Assembly: GCA_964600565.1 (NCBI GenBank)
Contig: CAZRJS010000004.1
Location: forward strand, 1 to 32,738
Length of the DNA stretch: 32,738 bases
DNA from: Candidatus Woesearchaeota archaeon
GTDB taxonomy: Archaea; Nanobdellota; Nanobdellia; Pacearchaeales; GW2011-AR1
Direction of reading: 5' to 3'
The first letter of the stretch is position 1. The number at the start of each line of letters is the position of its first letter. The notes beneath the pieces were generated by a model, which saw nothing but the letters and a program-made list of their open reading frames with translations, searched no databases and was not told the DNA's origin. Positions 7,252 through 16,858 of the stretch are shown here, one piece after another. A program made the position numbers and the translations under genes.

Positions 7252-10107
7252 ATGACTTATATAAAAAAATTGGTGATGAAAGGTTTTAAAAGTTTTGTTA
7301 GGAAAACAGAAATTCCTTTTACTAACGAAATAAATGTTATTTTAGGTCCAAATGGTTCTGGAAAGTCAAATATTTCAGATGCATTATGTTTTGTTTTAGG
7401 AAGACTTAATATAAAATCAATGAGGGCTGCAAAAGCAAGCAATTTAATTTTTTTAGGCACAAAGGATCTTGGACCTGCAAAAGAGGCAATTGTGGAAATA
7501 GTTTTTGATAATTTAGATAGAGCTTTTTCAATAAATGAAAATGAAATTTCTATAAAAAGAATATTAAGAAAAAACGGACAAAGCATATATAAAATAAATA
7601 ATGAGAAAAAAACAAGACAAGAGATTTTAAGTTTATTAGCACAAGCAGGAATTGACCCAAATGGATTTAATATAATTCTTCAAGGAGAGATACAAAATTT
7701 TGCAAGAATGCACACAGAAGAGAGAAGAAAAGTTATAGAAGAAGTTTCAGGAATTTCAATTTATGAATTAAGAAAAGAAAAATCATTAAAAGAACTTGGA
7801 AAAACAGAGGATAGATTAAGAGAGGTAATTTCAGTTTTAAAAGAAAGAACCACTTATTTAAATAATTTGGAAAAGGAGAGACAACAAGCACTAAAATTCA
7901 AAAAATTACAAAAAGATGTTGAAAAGTTTAAAGCAAGTATAATTTATTCAGATTTAATAAAGAAGAGAAAAGAAAATAAGTATATTGAGGGAGAGATAGA
8001 TAAGTATAAAAAAGAAATTGAAAAAATAAAAAAATCTTCTGCAAATATAAATTTATTAATAACTAATCTTAATTCAAAAATAAATTCTATAAACTATAAA
8101 ATACAGCGTTCAACTGGTTTTGAACAAGAAAAATTGAATCAGGAAATAGCTGATTTACGTGCAGAAATGGCAGGGATAAATGTTAAAATTGAAAATTTTG
8201 AGAAAAATTTTTCTGAATTATCTAGAAAAAAGAAAAATTTGAGTTTAATTGTAAAAGAATCTGAGGATTCTTTGAAAGAATTAAGAAAAGAATCTCCTTT
8301 AACAAAAAAAACTAAAGAGATAAATGATAAAAAAAATGAAATTGAGAAGTTAGAAGAGGAAAGAAAAAAATTTTACACTTTAAAGACTCAATTAAAATCA
8401 TTAAAAGAAAGAAGTTTAGATAAGCAAAATTTACTCAAAAATTATCAAAATGAATCAGAATTTTTGATGAAGAACATTAAAATTCTTTCACAAGATTTAT
8501 TTGATAAAAATTCTGATGGAGAGAAATTAGGGGCATTAAAATTCTCTCTTAAAGGAAGAAAGGAAATTTTAGAGAAAATTTCAAAAGAAGAAAAAAATCT
8601 TGAAAAAAATGCTTATGCAAATGAAAGCGAGATAGAGAAAAATGAGAATTTAATAAGAAGAATTCCTTCAACAGATATATGTCCTTTATGTAAAAGTAAG
8701 ATAACAAAAGATCATATTGATTCTATAAAAAATGATGTTAATTATAAGAATTCTATCCTGAAAAAAGAAATTGAAAAATATGATAAAAAACTCATGGAAA
8801 TAGAACAAAAAAGAAAGACTCTTAATTCAGAAATAGACTCATTGGAGTTAGAAATTTCAAGAAGAGAATCTGACTTAATTAAAATTTTAAATATTAATGA
8901 TAAAAAAGAGCAGATAAAAATATTATATGAAAAAATAGAATTATTAAAAAAGGAAATTTCAACTATAGAAAATAATAAGAGGCATTTAGAGAATAAATTT
9001 GATGAAACTTCTAATATAGAGCAGAGATATGAATCTGCAAGAATTGATATTCAAGAAATTTCTATGAGAAGTAAAGAAACTGTAAGTTCTGAAATTTCTT
9101 TTAAGATAAGAGAATTGGAAAGGTCGAGAATTCAATTAAAACAGTTTTATAGAGATGAAGAGGAAATTAAAGAAGAACTAGAAGAGATAAAAAAATTTCT
9201 TGTATCTAAAGAAAAAACTCTTAAATCTAAAAGAGAACAAGAAGAAGAACTTGCTAAAAAATTCCAGGAATTAATTAAGAAAAGGGATTTTTATCAGTCT
9301 GAAATAAGAAACTATGAAATAACTCTTTCTGAAGATAGGAATAAAATTTATAATATAGAGCAAAAAATTAATGATTTAAAAATTGAAAAAGCAAAAGTTA
9401 ATGCAGAAATTGAAAATTTTGAAACAGATATGCTGAGTTACGAAAATATTGAGATAGTAAAAATAAATAAAGATTTTTTATTGGATAAATTAAATAAAAC
9501 TCAGGACATTCTTTTAAAAATTGGCTCTGTAAATATGCGTTCTCTTGAAGTTTATGATTCTATAAAAGAAGAGTATGAAAAGATTAATCAGAAGGCAGAG
9601 ATTATAATGAAAGAAAAAGAAAGTGTATTGAAAATTATTCATGAAATTGATATTAAAAAGAAAAAAACTTTTATGAATACACTAAATTCTTTAAATGAGA
9701 TTTTTTCAAAAAATTTTTCCCAATTAAGTTCTAAAGGACAGGTTTTTTTAGAGGTTGAAAATAGAAAAGACCCTTTTTTAGGAGGAATTCGCATAATTGT
9801 TAAAACAGGACATGGCAAATATTTTGATGTTAAATCTCTTTCAGGAGGAGAACAAACAATTGTCGCATTATCTCTTATTTTTGGGATACAAGAACTTAAA
9901 CCATATTCTTTTTATGTACTTGATGAAATTGATGCGCCCTTAGATAAGAGAAATTCTCAAAGACTTGCTGTTCTTTTAAGAAGATATATGAAAAAAGGAC
10001 AATATATAGTTATAAGTCATAATGATGAGGTTATTTCAGAATCAACAACCCTTTATGGAGTGAGCATGCACGAGGGTGTTAGCAAAATAATTAGTTTAAG
10101 ATTATGA
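7252..10107 (+). CDS. smc: SMC-family ATPase (Smc-like heads, central CxxC zinc hook)
   Basis: GFKSF, Walker A GPNGSGKSN, Q-loop ILQGEI, GSVNMRS, signature LSGGE, Walker B/D-loop LDEIDAPLD, ISH switch, long coiled coils. Confidence 0.85.
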   Translation: MTYIKKLVMKGFKSFVRKTEIPFTNEINVILGPNGSGKSNISDALCFVLGRLNIKSMRAAKASNLIFLGTKDLGPAKEAIVEIVFDNLDRAFSINENEISIKRILRKNGQSIYKINNEKKTRQEILSLLAQAGIDPNGFNIILQGEIQNFARMHTEERRKVIEEVSGISIYELRKEKSLKELGKTEDRLREVISVLKERTTYLNNLEKERQQALKFKKLQKDVEKFKASIIYSDLIKKRKENKYIEGEIDKYKKEIEKIKKSSANINLLITNLNSKINSINYKIQRSTGFEQEKLNQEIADLRAEMAGINVKIENFEKNFSELSRKKKNLSLIVKESEDSLKELRKESPLTKKTKEINDKKNEIEKLEEERKKFYTLKTQLKSLKERSLDKQNLLKNYQNESEFLMKNIKILSQDLFDKNSDGEKLGALKFSLKGRKEILEKISKEEKNLEKNAYANESEIEKNENLIRRIPSTDICPLCKSKITKDHIDSIKNDVNYKNSILKKEIEKYDKKLMEIEQKRKTLNSEIDSLELEISRRESDLIKILNINDKKEQIKILYEKIELLKKEISTIENNKRHLENKFDETSNIEQRYESARIDIQEISMRSKETVSSEISFKIRELERSRIQLKQFYRDEEEIKEELEEIKKFLVSKEKTLKSKREQEEELAKKFQELIKKRDFYQSEIRNYEITLSEDRNKIYNIEQKINDLKIEKAKVNAEIENFETDMLSYENIEIVKINKDFLLDKLNKTQDILLKIGSVNMRSLEVYDSIKEEYEKINQKAEIIMKEKESVLKIIHEIDIKKKKTFMNTLNSLNEIFSKNFSQLSSKGQVFLEVENRKDPFLGGIRIIVKTGHGKYFDVKSLSGGEQTIVALSLIFGIQELKPYSFYVLDEIDAPLDKRNSQRLAVLLRRYMKKGQYIVISHNDEVISESTTLYGVSMHEGVSKIISLRL

Positions 10108-10146
10108 ACCAAAATATTTAAATATATAATAACTATATAACATACT

Positions 10147-10365
10147 ATGGTAACTACAATTCAAATAAGTAATGGGTTATTACAAAAACTTAGGATGATG
10201 AAAATCCATACAAAAGAAAGTTATGAAGATCTTATTTGGGATTTAATAGAAGATAGAATGGAATTCTCAGAGGAAACAAAGAAGAGTATTACACAATCAG
10301 AGAAAGATTTTAAAGAGGGTAGATTGATTTCTCTTGAAGAGTTAAAAAAGAAAAGAGGATTATAA
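10147..10365 (+). CDS. Antitoxin (RHH-like) of a type II TA pair
   Basis: MVTTIQIS...ESYEDLIWDL...GRLISLEELKK; stop overlaps the toxin start (TAATG). Confidence 0.8.
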   Translation: MVTTIQISNGLLQKLRMMKIHTKESYEDLIWDLIEDRMEFSEETKKSITQSEKDFKEGRLISLEELKKKRGL

Positions 10366-10616
10366 TGTATTCTATAGAATTTTCAAAAACTGCAGAAAAG
10401 CAGTTAGATAAACTTCCAAATTTAGTGCAGAATAGAATAATATTAACACTAGATAGAATAAAGATTAATCCTTTTCGTGCTGTAAAAAGAAAACAAGGCA
10501 CACCTTATTTTATTTTAAGAATTGGAGAATATAGGGCAATTTTAGATATAAAAAAAGATAAATTGGTTATTCTTATATTAGAAGTTGGTCCACGAGGAAA
10601 AATTTACAAAAATTAG
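10365..10616 (+). CDS. RelE/ParE-family toxin
   Basis: YSIEFSKTAEKQLDKL...LRIGEYRAIL...VGPRGKIY. Confidence 0.88.
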   Translation: MYSIEFSKTAEKQLDKLPNLVQNRIILTLDRIKINPFRAVKRKQGTPYFILRIGEYRAILDIKKDKLVILILEVGPRGKIYKN

Positions 10617-10795
10617 TTTAAAATTATCTTATAATTTTAATAGAAATTAATAGAATTTTATTTTGCTTTAATTTCTTTAGTGTATTTTATTAAACCAATA
10701 TTATCTAAAATATCAAAATTTTCCCCTCCTTTTAATATTTAGAAGATAAAAAAGAGAAAGTTAAATAAAAAAAATAAAAAAATTTAAAGATTTAA

Positions 10796-12061
10796 TTAGT
10801 AATAACTTTCTCCGAATTCTTCTTTTTCGTTTTCTTTAGGTTTTTTTCCTAATAAAACAATCACGATTATTAGCAATACTAATAACACAATTGCAAGACT
10901 TACAGTTAAGATAATCATTGGATTATCCATTTTTGATTCTTTTGTTGCATCTGCTTTCAGAGTTGTAGAACTTACAATTTCTGAACCAGAGAACAAATTA
11001 ACACTAAACTGATATTTCCCGCTTGTTTTAGCATTTGCAATTAAACTAATTGTTTTACTTGAGCCAGCAGGAATAGCTATAACAGAGCTTTCCGCACTCA
11101 CTCTTAAGTCTTGAGGAGATTCAATTACAATGTTATAAACTTTTAACTTATTAGTTGGATTAGCAATTAATAAGTTATATTCTGCATCTTTTCCTACAGA
11201 AAAAGTTTTTCCTATTGTAGTTGCAATAAGGTTGCCTGAAGCAAAATCATTTTTTACAATAATCTGCTTTTCCTTGTTTGTAACAATATCTTCATTTTGA
11301 ATTTCTACTTCAAGGGCATAAATTCCAGGTTGTGCATCATATGGAATTTCTAAATAAAATTTGCCCTGAACTGTATCTTCTTCATCATTGTTACAGTAGC
11401 AATTTCCATTATCACAGTCTTCATATTCAACTGCAATTATGTCGCCAAGGTAAGATGTTCTTTCAATTCCTAATGCAGGAATTCTCACTGTCACATATGT
11501 GTCATCAAGTTCGTTATAACCAACATTTTTCAAAGTAGTTTTAACAAGAAAGTTCTCACCAGCTTCTACACTGCTTTTTGAATCAATAGACATTACAAGT
11601 GCTTTATATGGTTCTCTTTGGACATTAAGTGATATTTCTGAATGTTCAGTTTTATAGTCACTGTTCCAAATTTCTATTTCAAGAAAAACACTGTCACTTA
11701 CTTCATCCTTAAGTTCATAAGGAATTTTCACATTAAGTGTTTTCACATACCTTTTTCCTTCTTCTAAGTCAAAAGGGCCTTTTTTAGCACTAACATCTAT
11801 CTTTTCTCCTTCAATCTCTGCTTTTATTCTAACATTAGACGCGTCTTCAAGAGCTGTAAAATAAACTGTTATAATTGCGGTTTCACCACCAATAATGCTG
11901 ATGTCTTCATCACCATAATCATATAACTCGTTAATTTTTACAGAATCAACTGATACTAACTCGTCTTCTGCAATTGCTAAATTAGCAACTGATAAAATGC
12001 TAGCGATTACAAGAAAAAAAACCAAGAGGTTTTTTGTTTTCATTTGAGCTTTTTTTTGCAT
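10796..12061 (-). CDS. Membrane-anchored surface/S-layer-like protein with Ig-like domains
   Basis: N-terminal signal peptide, beta-rich acidic body (LKNVG, PYDAQPGIY), C-terminal TM helix and charged tail. True start may be 12043. Confidence 0.7.
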   Translation of the reverse strand: MQKKAQMKTKNLLVFFLVIASILSVANLAIAEDELVSVDSVKINELYDYGDEDISIIGGETAIITVYFTALEDASNVRIKAEIEGEKIDVSAKKGPFDLEEGKRYVKTLNVKIPYELKDEVSDSVFLEIEIWNSDYKTEHSEISLNVQREPYKALVMSIDSKSSVEAGENFLVKTTLKNVGYNELDDTYVTVRIPALGIERTSYLGDIIAVEYEDCDNGNCYCNNDEEDTVQGKFYLEIPYDAQPGIYALEVEIQNEDIVTNKEKQIIVKNDFASGNLIATTIGKTFSVGKDAEYNLLIANPTNKLKVYNIVIESPQDLRVSAESSVIAIPAGSSKTISLIANAKTSGKYQFSVNLFSGSEIVSSTTLKADATKESKMDNPMIILTVSLAIVLLVLLIIVIVLLGKKPKENEKEEFGESYY

Positions 12062-12201
12062 TTTTTTTAAATTTAATTATACAGAATCTTTGTTTCTGTT
12101 GGTTTTTTAACCCCAAAACCTTTTATAAACTTTATGGTGATAACAATAATCCTTAATTTTATAGTAACAAAAATTTAACTTTATGTAAGTAACAATCAGT
12201 G

Positions 12202-12975
12202 CTATTTTTTATAGATTTTTAACCCATCTAAGCTATCTTTAACTGGGGTTGGAGATTCATTAATTATTATTATTTCCTTATCTTTAGGAAGATTATATAA
12301 AAGTTTTTCCCACTCTTTTTTTTCAGTGAATTTGTGTTTTTTTTCACCTTTTTCTCCATATTCAATTCCAGAAAAATGTAAATGCCATTTCTTATATTTT
12401 TTAAATTTCTCTTTAATTTCTTTGAAACAATATTCTTTATATCTTGCCAAGATATGTGCAAAATCAATGCAAAAACTACACCCTGTGTCATGCACAAGAT
12501 TAGATATCTCATCAATACTCCCAAAAACATTAATTTTTCCTGTTGTTTCAGGAGCTAGTTTAGGGGTATATTTATTTTTTTTAATCTCTTTTTGCATATC
12601 TGAAATCTCATTTTTAATTTGATTATATGTTTTTTCTTTATTATCTTTGCCATAATAACCTGGGTGAAATACAATCTTTTTTGCATTAAGCCATGTCCCA
12701 ACTTTACAACAATCTAAAATTCTCTCTTTACTTTTTTTAATCTTATCTTTTTCATTAGAATTTAAATTAATATAATAAGGTGCGTGAATACTTAATGTAA
12801 TCCCTAATTTTTCAGCTTGTTCGCTAATTTTAATTGCTTCTCCTTTGTTTTTAATATAAATTCCATGAGTAAAGGAAATTTCACAAGCTCTTAAACCTAA
12901 TTTGTGATATTCCTGCAATGTTTCAATTGCAGTTTTAACAGAACCTAAACCTGCTGGCCCGAATTTTATTGTCAT
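12202..12975 (-). CDS. nfo: Endonuclease IV-like TIM-barrel protein
   Basis: IKFGPAG, SIHAPYYINLNS, VFHPG, PETTGK, CIDFAH, HLHFSGI, IINESP. Confidence 0.88.
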   Translation of the reverse strand: MTIKFGPAGLGSVKTAIETLQEYHKLGLRACEISFTHGIYIKNKGEAIKISEQAEKLGITLSIHAPYYINLNSNEKDKIKKSKERILDCCKVGTWLNAKKIVFHPGYYGKDNKEKTYNQIKNEISDMQKEIKKNKYTPKLAPETTGKINVFGSIDEISNLVHDTGCSFCIDFAHILARYKEYCFKEIKEKFKKYKKWHLHFSGIEYGEKGEKKHKFTEKKEWEKLLYNLPKDKEIIIINESPTPVKDSLDGLKIYKK

Positions 12976-13078
12976 GATAATAAAAAGATATGTTTAATTT
13001 AAAGAAGTTTTGGAAAATTTAGATTTAATTCAATTAAGGGATTTTTACTCTTCTATTATTTTTTTATACTTATAGGTT

Positions 13079-13393
13079 TTAATCCTTATATAAGCTCTTT
13101 TCAAAATCTTTTCTATAAGCATCTCCAAAGCCAATAGTTCCTCCACCAAAAGCCCTCTGGCCTGTAATAGCTTTATAATCTATTCCAAACACATAATTTG
13201 TATTTAAATTTCTAGCTCCTTTTTTTAAGTTTGTATTTATGGTTTCAAGTGCTTTATTACTAAAAGGTTCTGCTTTACTAGTTCCAGTGACTAAACCTAC
13301 TAGTTCTAAATCCTCTTTAAAACCATTTATTTTAGCTTCACTATAAGATTGTTTGAAAAGGGTTACTTCATTCTCTAAATTTTTTCTTTCCAT
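13079..13393 (-). CDS. YbjQ/UPF0145-like small protein
   Basis: VGLVTG...ALE...LKKGARNLNTNYVFGID...FGDAY resembles the YbjQ pattern. Confidence 0.5.
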   Translation of the reverse strand: MERKNLENEVTLFKQSYSEAKINGFKEDLELVGLVTGTSKAEPFSNKALETINTNLKKGARNLNTNYVFGIDYKAITGQRAFGGGTIGFGDAYRKDFEKSLYKD

Positions 13394-13524
13394 GTTAAGA
13401 GTTTAATAAATTCTTTTATAAGTTTTTATGTTTTATATATATTATTCTAAGTCAACTTTTTACTTTTTTATAGAAATTTATTTTTTTGCGTTTATTTCAA
13501 ATTTTTTAATTTATAATTAACTTC

Positions 13525-13785
13525 CTATAGTGTAGGATTAAAGATATTATGAAAATTATCCATAAGCATTGTTTCTGCAAGCACAAGTCTATTTTCTTTA
13601 GAGCCAGCATGTTCCATTTTATTATCCCAATCTTCTTGTATTTTCAATAATCTAGGCCTGTATTCTTCAGGTGCAGAATTAATAAGTTCTTTGGTTAATC
13701 TTGTTCTTTCTTTTTCAAATTCAAAACGATTTTTCTTATGCAAAGAAACCATATATTTATGAAACTCTGGTATCTGCTTTTTCAT
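13525..13785 (-). CDS. DUF3135-like protein
   Basis: FEKERTRLTKELINSAPEEYRPRLLKIQ resembles my recollection of the DUF3135 consensus. Confidence 0.55.
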   Translation of the reverse strand: MKKQIPEFHKYMVSLHKKNRFEFEKERTRLTKELINSAPEEYRPRLLKIQEDWDNKMEHAGSKENRLVLAETMLMDNFHNIFNPTL

Positions 13786-13832
13786 AATCTACTATTATTT
13801 AATACTTATAAAAAGATTTAGATATTTTTTAT

Positions 13833-14171
13833 TTATCTGCATATCAAATTTAATACAGCACCTGTAGACCAAGATAATGCAGCTCCATAGAGAAGGTGCT
13901 CTCCTTTAATTTTGTAATTTGTATTATTCATTTTTTTTGCAGTATAAACTATAAAACTTAATGAACTAATTTTTGGAAGAACTAATGAAGCATTTACACC
14001 AATATATTTAATTGATTCTGTTATAATTGGATTTCCTTCAAAATCAATACCATATTTACTTATATTTTCTAAAGTTATAACTGAATCTGCTATTGCACTT
14101 CCAATAAGTGCTCCTGATGCTATGAATATTTCTTTATTTATCTTTGTAAATTTCTTGATATTTTCCAACAT
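13833..14171 (-). CDS. Small membrane protein (DUF5658-like)
   Basis: Hydrophobic segments with a D-x2-T...G-x3-EGNP motif. Confidence 0.5.
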   Translation of the reverse strand: MLENIKKFTKINKEIFIASGALIGSAIADSVITLENISKYGIDFEGNPIITESIKYIGVNASLVLPKISSLSFIVYTAKKMNNTNYKIKGEHLLYGAALSWSTGAVLNLICR

Positions 14172-14221
14172 TTTTTACCAATTTAAAAAAAAATAAAAAG
14201 AAAACCTTTAAGGGTTTTCTC

Positions 14222-15388
14222 TTAGAAACTTAATAATTTTAAACTTGTATCTCTAATTGCAAAATTTTTAGCAACTAATACTTTACAACCTGATTCTTCA
14301 GCAGATTTGATAATAGAAGCAGTTGCTGTTCCATCAAGCAAAACTACAAAAGGTTTTTTATCAATCTTTTTAAAAGAAATTGCAAGTGTCTTTATAGAAA
14401 TATTTTTAATTTCTTCAAGGTTTTCATCAAGCAAAATAGCTCTTTCTTTTCCCTTATTTTTTTCTGCAATTTTTTTTAATTCTGATTTTTTTCCTTCGTC
14501 TAATTCGAACTTTTTAACTTCTACAGAATTTTTTGGAGTTTTCTCAAATTTATCTTTATCTCCTTTATTCCAGTTTTTTTTTGCAAATTCTTCTATGGGC
14601 ATTTTTTTCCTTAAACTTTGCCATATTTCTTTTCCATTAAGTTCTTCGACTTCTTTTCCTTCTGGTGCAACTGCAACATTCTTGATTTTCGTGTTGTCAG
14701 AAACATTTTGAGCAATTAATTTTCCTCCTCTATCTCCATCAACAAAAAGAGTTAATTCTTTTTTATTGCCTAATTCTATAATGTCTTTTGGAAGTTTTGT
14801 CCCATTCATTGCAATAACATTATTTATGTTATTTCTTAATAAAGTCAAAACATCTGCACGTCCCTCAACAACAATTATCTCGTTTTTAGACAAATCTCCA
14901 GAAGGTAATTTTTCTTCTCCATACTCCTTAATTGTGTCCATTCTTGCAGATTCTTTAATCTGATTTGAAATTTCTCTTGAATCTGTGTTCCCACTTAAAC
15001 TAGACATGAGTTTTTTTGCTCTTTCAATAATGTAGTCTCTTTTACTCCCTCTCACATCTTCAACTTTATCAACTTCTATTTGAGAATCGCAAGGACCTAT
15101 TCTTTCTATTGTTTCAACAGCAGCAGCAATTAAAGTAGTTTCAGATTGATCTAAAGCAGTAGGAATTTTAATTGTTCCCAAAGTTAATTTATCTTTTCTT
15201 TCTAATTCAACTTCTATTCTGCCTATTTTTCCTTCTTTTTGAAGTTCTCTCATCTCTAAATCACTTCCTAAAAGCCCTTCTGTTTGCCCAAATAAAGCTC
15301 CAATTATGTCTGGTTTTTCCAAAGCACCTTCAGCTGTAAAACTTGCATGTATCATATATTTTATTGATACCGGACTTATTTTTGCCAT
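14222..15388 (-). CDS. dnaG: Archaeal DnaG (TOPRIM) protein
   Basis: EKPDIIGALFGQTEGLLG, GKIGRIEV, IERIGPC, IVVEGRADV, DGDRGG, GKEVEEL. Confidence 0.96.
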   Translation of the reverse strand: MAKISPVSIKYMIHASFTAEGALEKPDIIGALFGQTEGLLGSDLEMRELQKEGKIGRIEVELERKDKLTLGTIKIPTALDQSETTLIAAAVETIERIGPCDSQIEVDKVEDVRGSKRDYIIERAKKLMSSLSGNTDSREISNQIKESARMDTIKEYGEEKLPSGDLSKNEIIVVEGRADVLTLLRNNINNVIAMNGTKLPKDIIELGNKKELTLFVDGDRGGKLIAQNVSDNTKIKNVAVAPEGKEVEELNGKEIWQSLRKKMPIEEFAKKNWNKGDKDKFEKTPKNSVEVKKFELDEGKKSELKKIAEKNKGKERAILLDENLEEIKNISIKTLAISFKKIDKKPFVVLLDGTATASIIKSAEESGCKVLVAKNFAIRDTSLKLLSF

Positions 15389-15584
15389 TTTTATTATTTA
15401 TTTTCCTTATTTTAATTAATTGAAAATCTAAGATTTTCTTAATTAGAAAAATACTTATTACTAATTTTTTAATACCCTTTTTACACAAAAATAAATGAAT
15501 GTGATTGTAAGTGATAATTTAATAATATCCTGTAATGATTTTTCTAATATATTATGTGAAATAAAGAGTTTTTAAAGGTTTTTG

Positions 15585-15860
15585 TTAAAAATCTGTGATT
15601 TCATCTGATGGATCTTTAAATCTAGGATAAATAACCCCTTTTTTATTAACTTTAAAATCTTCATAACAGATTGCTTGAATTGGTTTAAATCTAAGAGTTT
15701 GTATATGTTTGATAATCTTATCTGGCTTGATAGTAAAATCTTCTCTTAAATATTGTTCTAATAAAGAAATAGCCTTTTTAGGGGTATTATCTGAAACTAT
15801 TGCTTTTTGATATTTTTCACTACGAATGCTATAAATTATTTTGTAAATGTTGAATTCTAT
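15585..15860 (-). CDS. Unannotated 91-codon ORF with ATA start (non-canonical start or recent pseudogene)
   Basis: Stop-free frame IEFNIYKIIY...PSDEITDF ending TAA at 15585. TTTAAATA box about 25 nt upstream of the ATA. Confidence 0.45.
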   Translation of the reverse strand: MEFNIYKIIYSIRSEKYQKAIVSDNTPKKAISLLEQYLREDFTIKPDKIIKHIQTLRFKPIQAICYEDFKVNKKGVIYPRFKDPSDEITDF

Positions 15861-15972
15861 TAAAATAAAAGTAGTCTATTATTTAAAAACATAATTATCT
15901 TAAGATATATAATTTTTATTTAATTACTTTAAAAAACAAAACAATTAAATAAGATTTAGTATTAAGATAATT

Positions 15973-16200
15973 ATGCCCACTAAAAACCAGCAACTCAAAA
16001 TGTGGCAATTTAAATATAAAATTGGATTGAATGATGGACAATATTTCTGTAATGATTCTGGAAAATTATTGGAGAATATATTCTTTAATACACCAATAAT
16101 TTCTAAGAAAGATTCACGTAGTAAAGCAATAGGAAAACTTCATTATGATAAAGAAAATAAGGAAATAAAACTAATTTCAGATAATTATAATCAAGATTAA
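15973..16200 (+). CDS. Hypothetical protein
   Basis: 75-aa ATG ORF in otherwise free space, with a TTAAATAA box upstream. Confidence 0.55.
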   Translation: MPTKNQQLKMWQFKYKIGLNDGQYFCNDSGKLLENIFFNTPIISKKDSRSKAIGKLHYDKENKEIKLISDNYNQD

Positions 16201-16251
16201 TTTTTCCCCCTGAATTGCTTTTATGTTATTTAAAAATAGATTATTTGTTTT

Positions 16252-16803
16252 TCAATTTCTTTTCAACCTATAATACTCCTTAAATTTTCCTAATCTTTCA
16301 TATAAACTTAATAACTTATTTTTTATCTCTTGTTTTTCATTTTCAGGAATATTCATTTGCATTATTTTTTCATAGATTATTGCAGCATTATTTCTCTTTA
16401 AATTTTTTTCATAAAATTCAGCTTCATTTTTATAAATTTGTTTTATTGTAAAAAAAATTTCTGCCTTTTGAGTTTCATTTGCTTCATATAATGCTTTCTT
16501 AGTTGCTTGTTCTGCCCTGTCAAATTGCTTTGCTTTGATAAACATCGCTGTTTCTTTCACATAATTTTTAATTTTTTCAGAAAAAGCTATAGAAAAATTA
16601 GCAGCATTTCCATACATTTTAGCAGCTTCATTATATAAGCTTTTTTTCTCATAAATTTTTGCTAATTTTAAAAATACAAATCTTTTTGTTTCAATTGATG
16701 GATTTAAATGAATATATTTATTCAAATAATCAATTTGAATAAATTCTCCTTTGTTTTTTAAAACAGATTCAATTTCAGATTTAGACATATCTTTTTCCAG
16801 CAT
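16252..16803 (-). CDS. TPR-like helical repeat protein
   Basis: LAKIYEKKSLYNEAAKMY and LYERLGKFKEY helical repeat pattern. Confidence 0.65.
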   Translation of the reverse strand: MLEKDMSKSEIESVLKNKGEFIQIDYLNKYIHLNPSIETKRFVFLKLAKIYEKKSLYNEAAKMYGNAANFSIAFSEKIKNYVKETAMFIKAKQFDRAEQATKKALYEANETQKAEIFFTIKQIYKNEAEFYEKNLKRNNAAIIYEKIMQMNIPENEKQEIKNKLLSLYERLGKFKEYYRLKRN

Positions 16804-16858
16804 GAAAAATAAAAGGGAAATGATTATTTAAGTATTCTGTTAAAAAAATAATAATATC

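Noticed and set aside
7252-10107. Calling the SMC protein plain Rad50
   Set aside because: The head motifs are Smc-like and no mre11 gene is adjacent.
12044-12061. KKAQ at the start of the surface protein as a class III (prepilin) signal
   Set aside because: It is followed by charged MKTKN rather than a hydrophobic stretch; a normal Sec signal from the second Met fits better.
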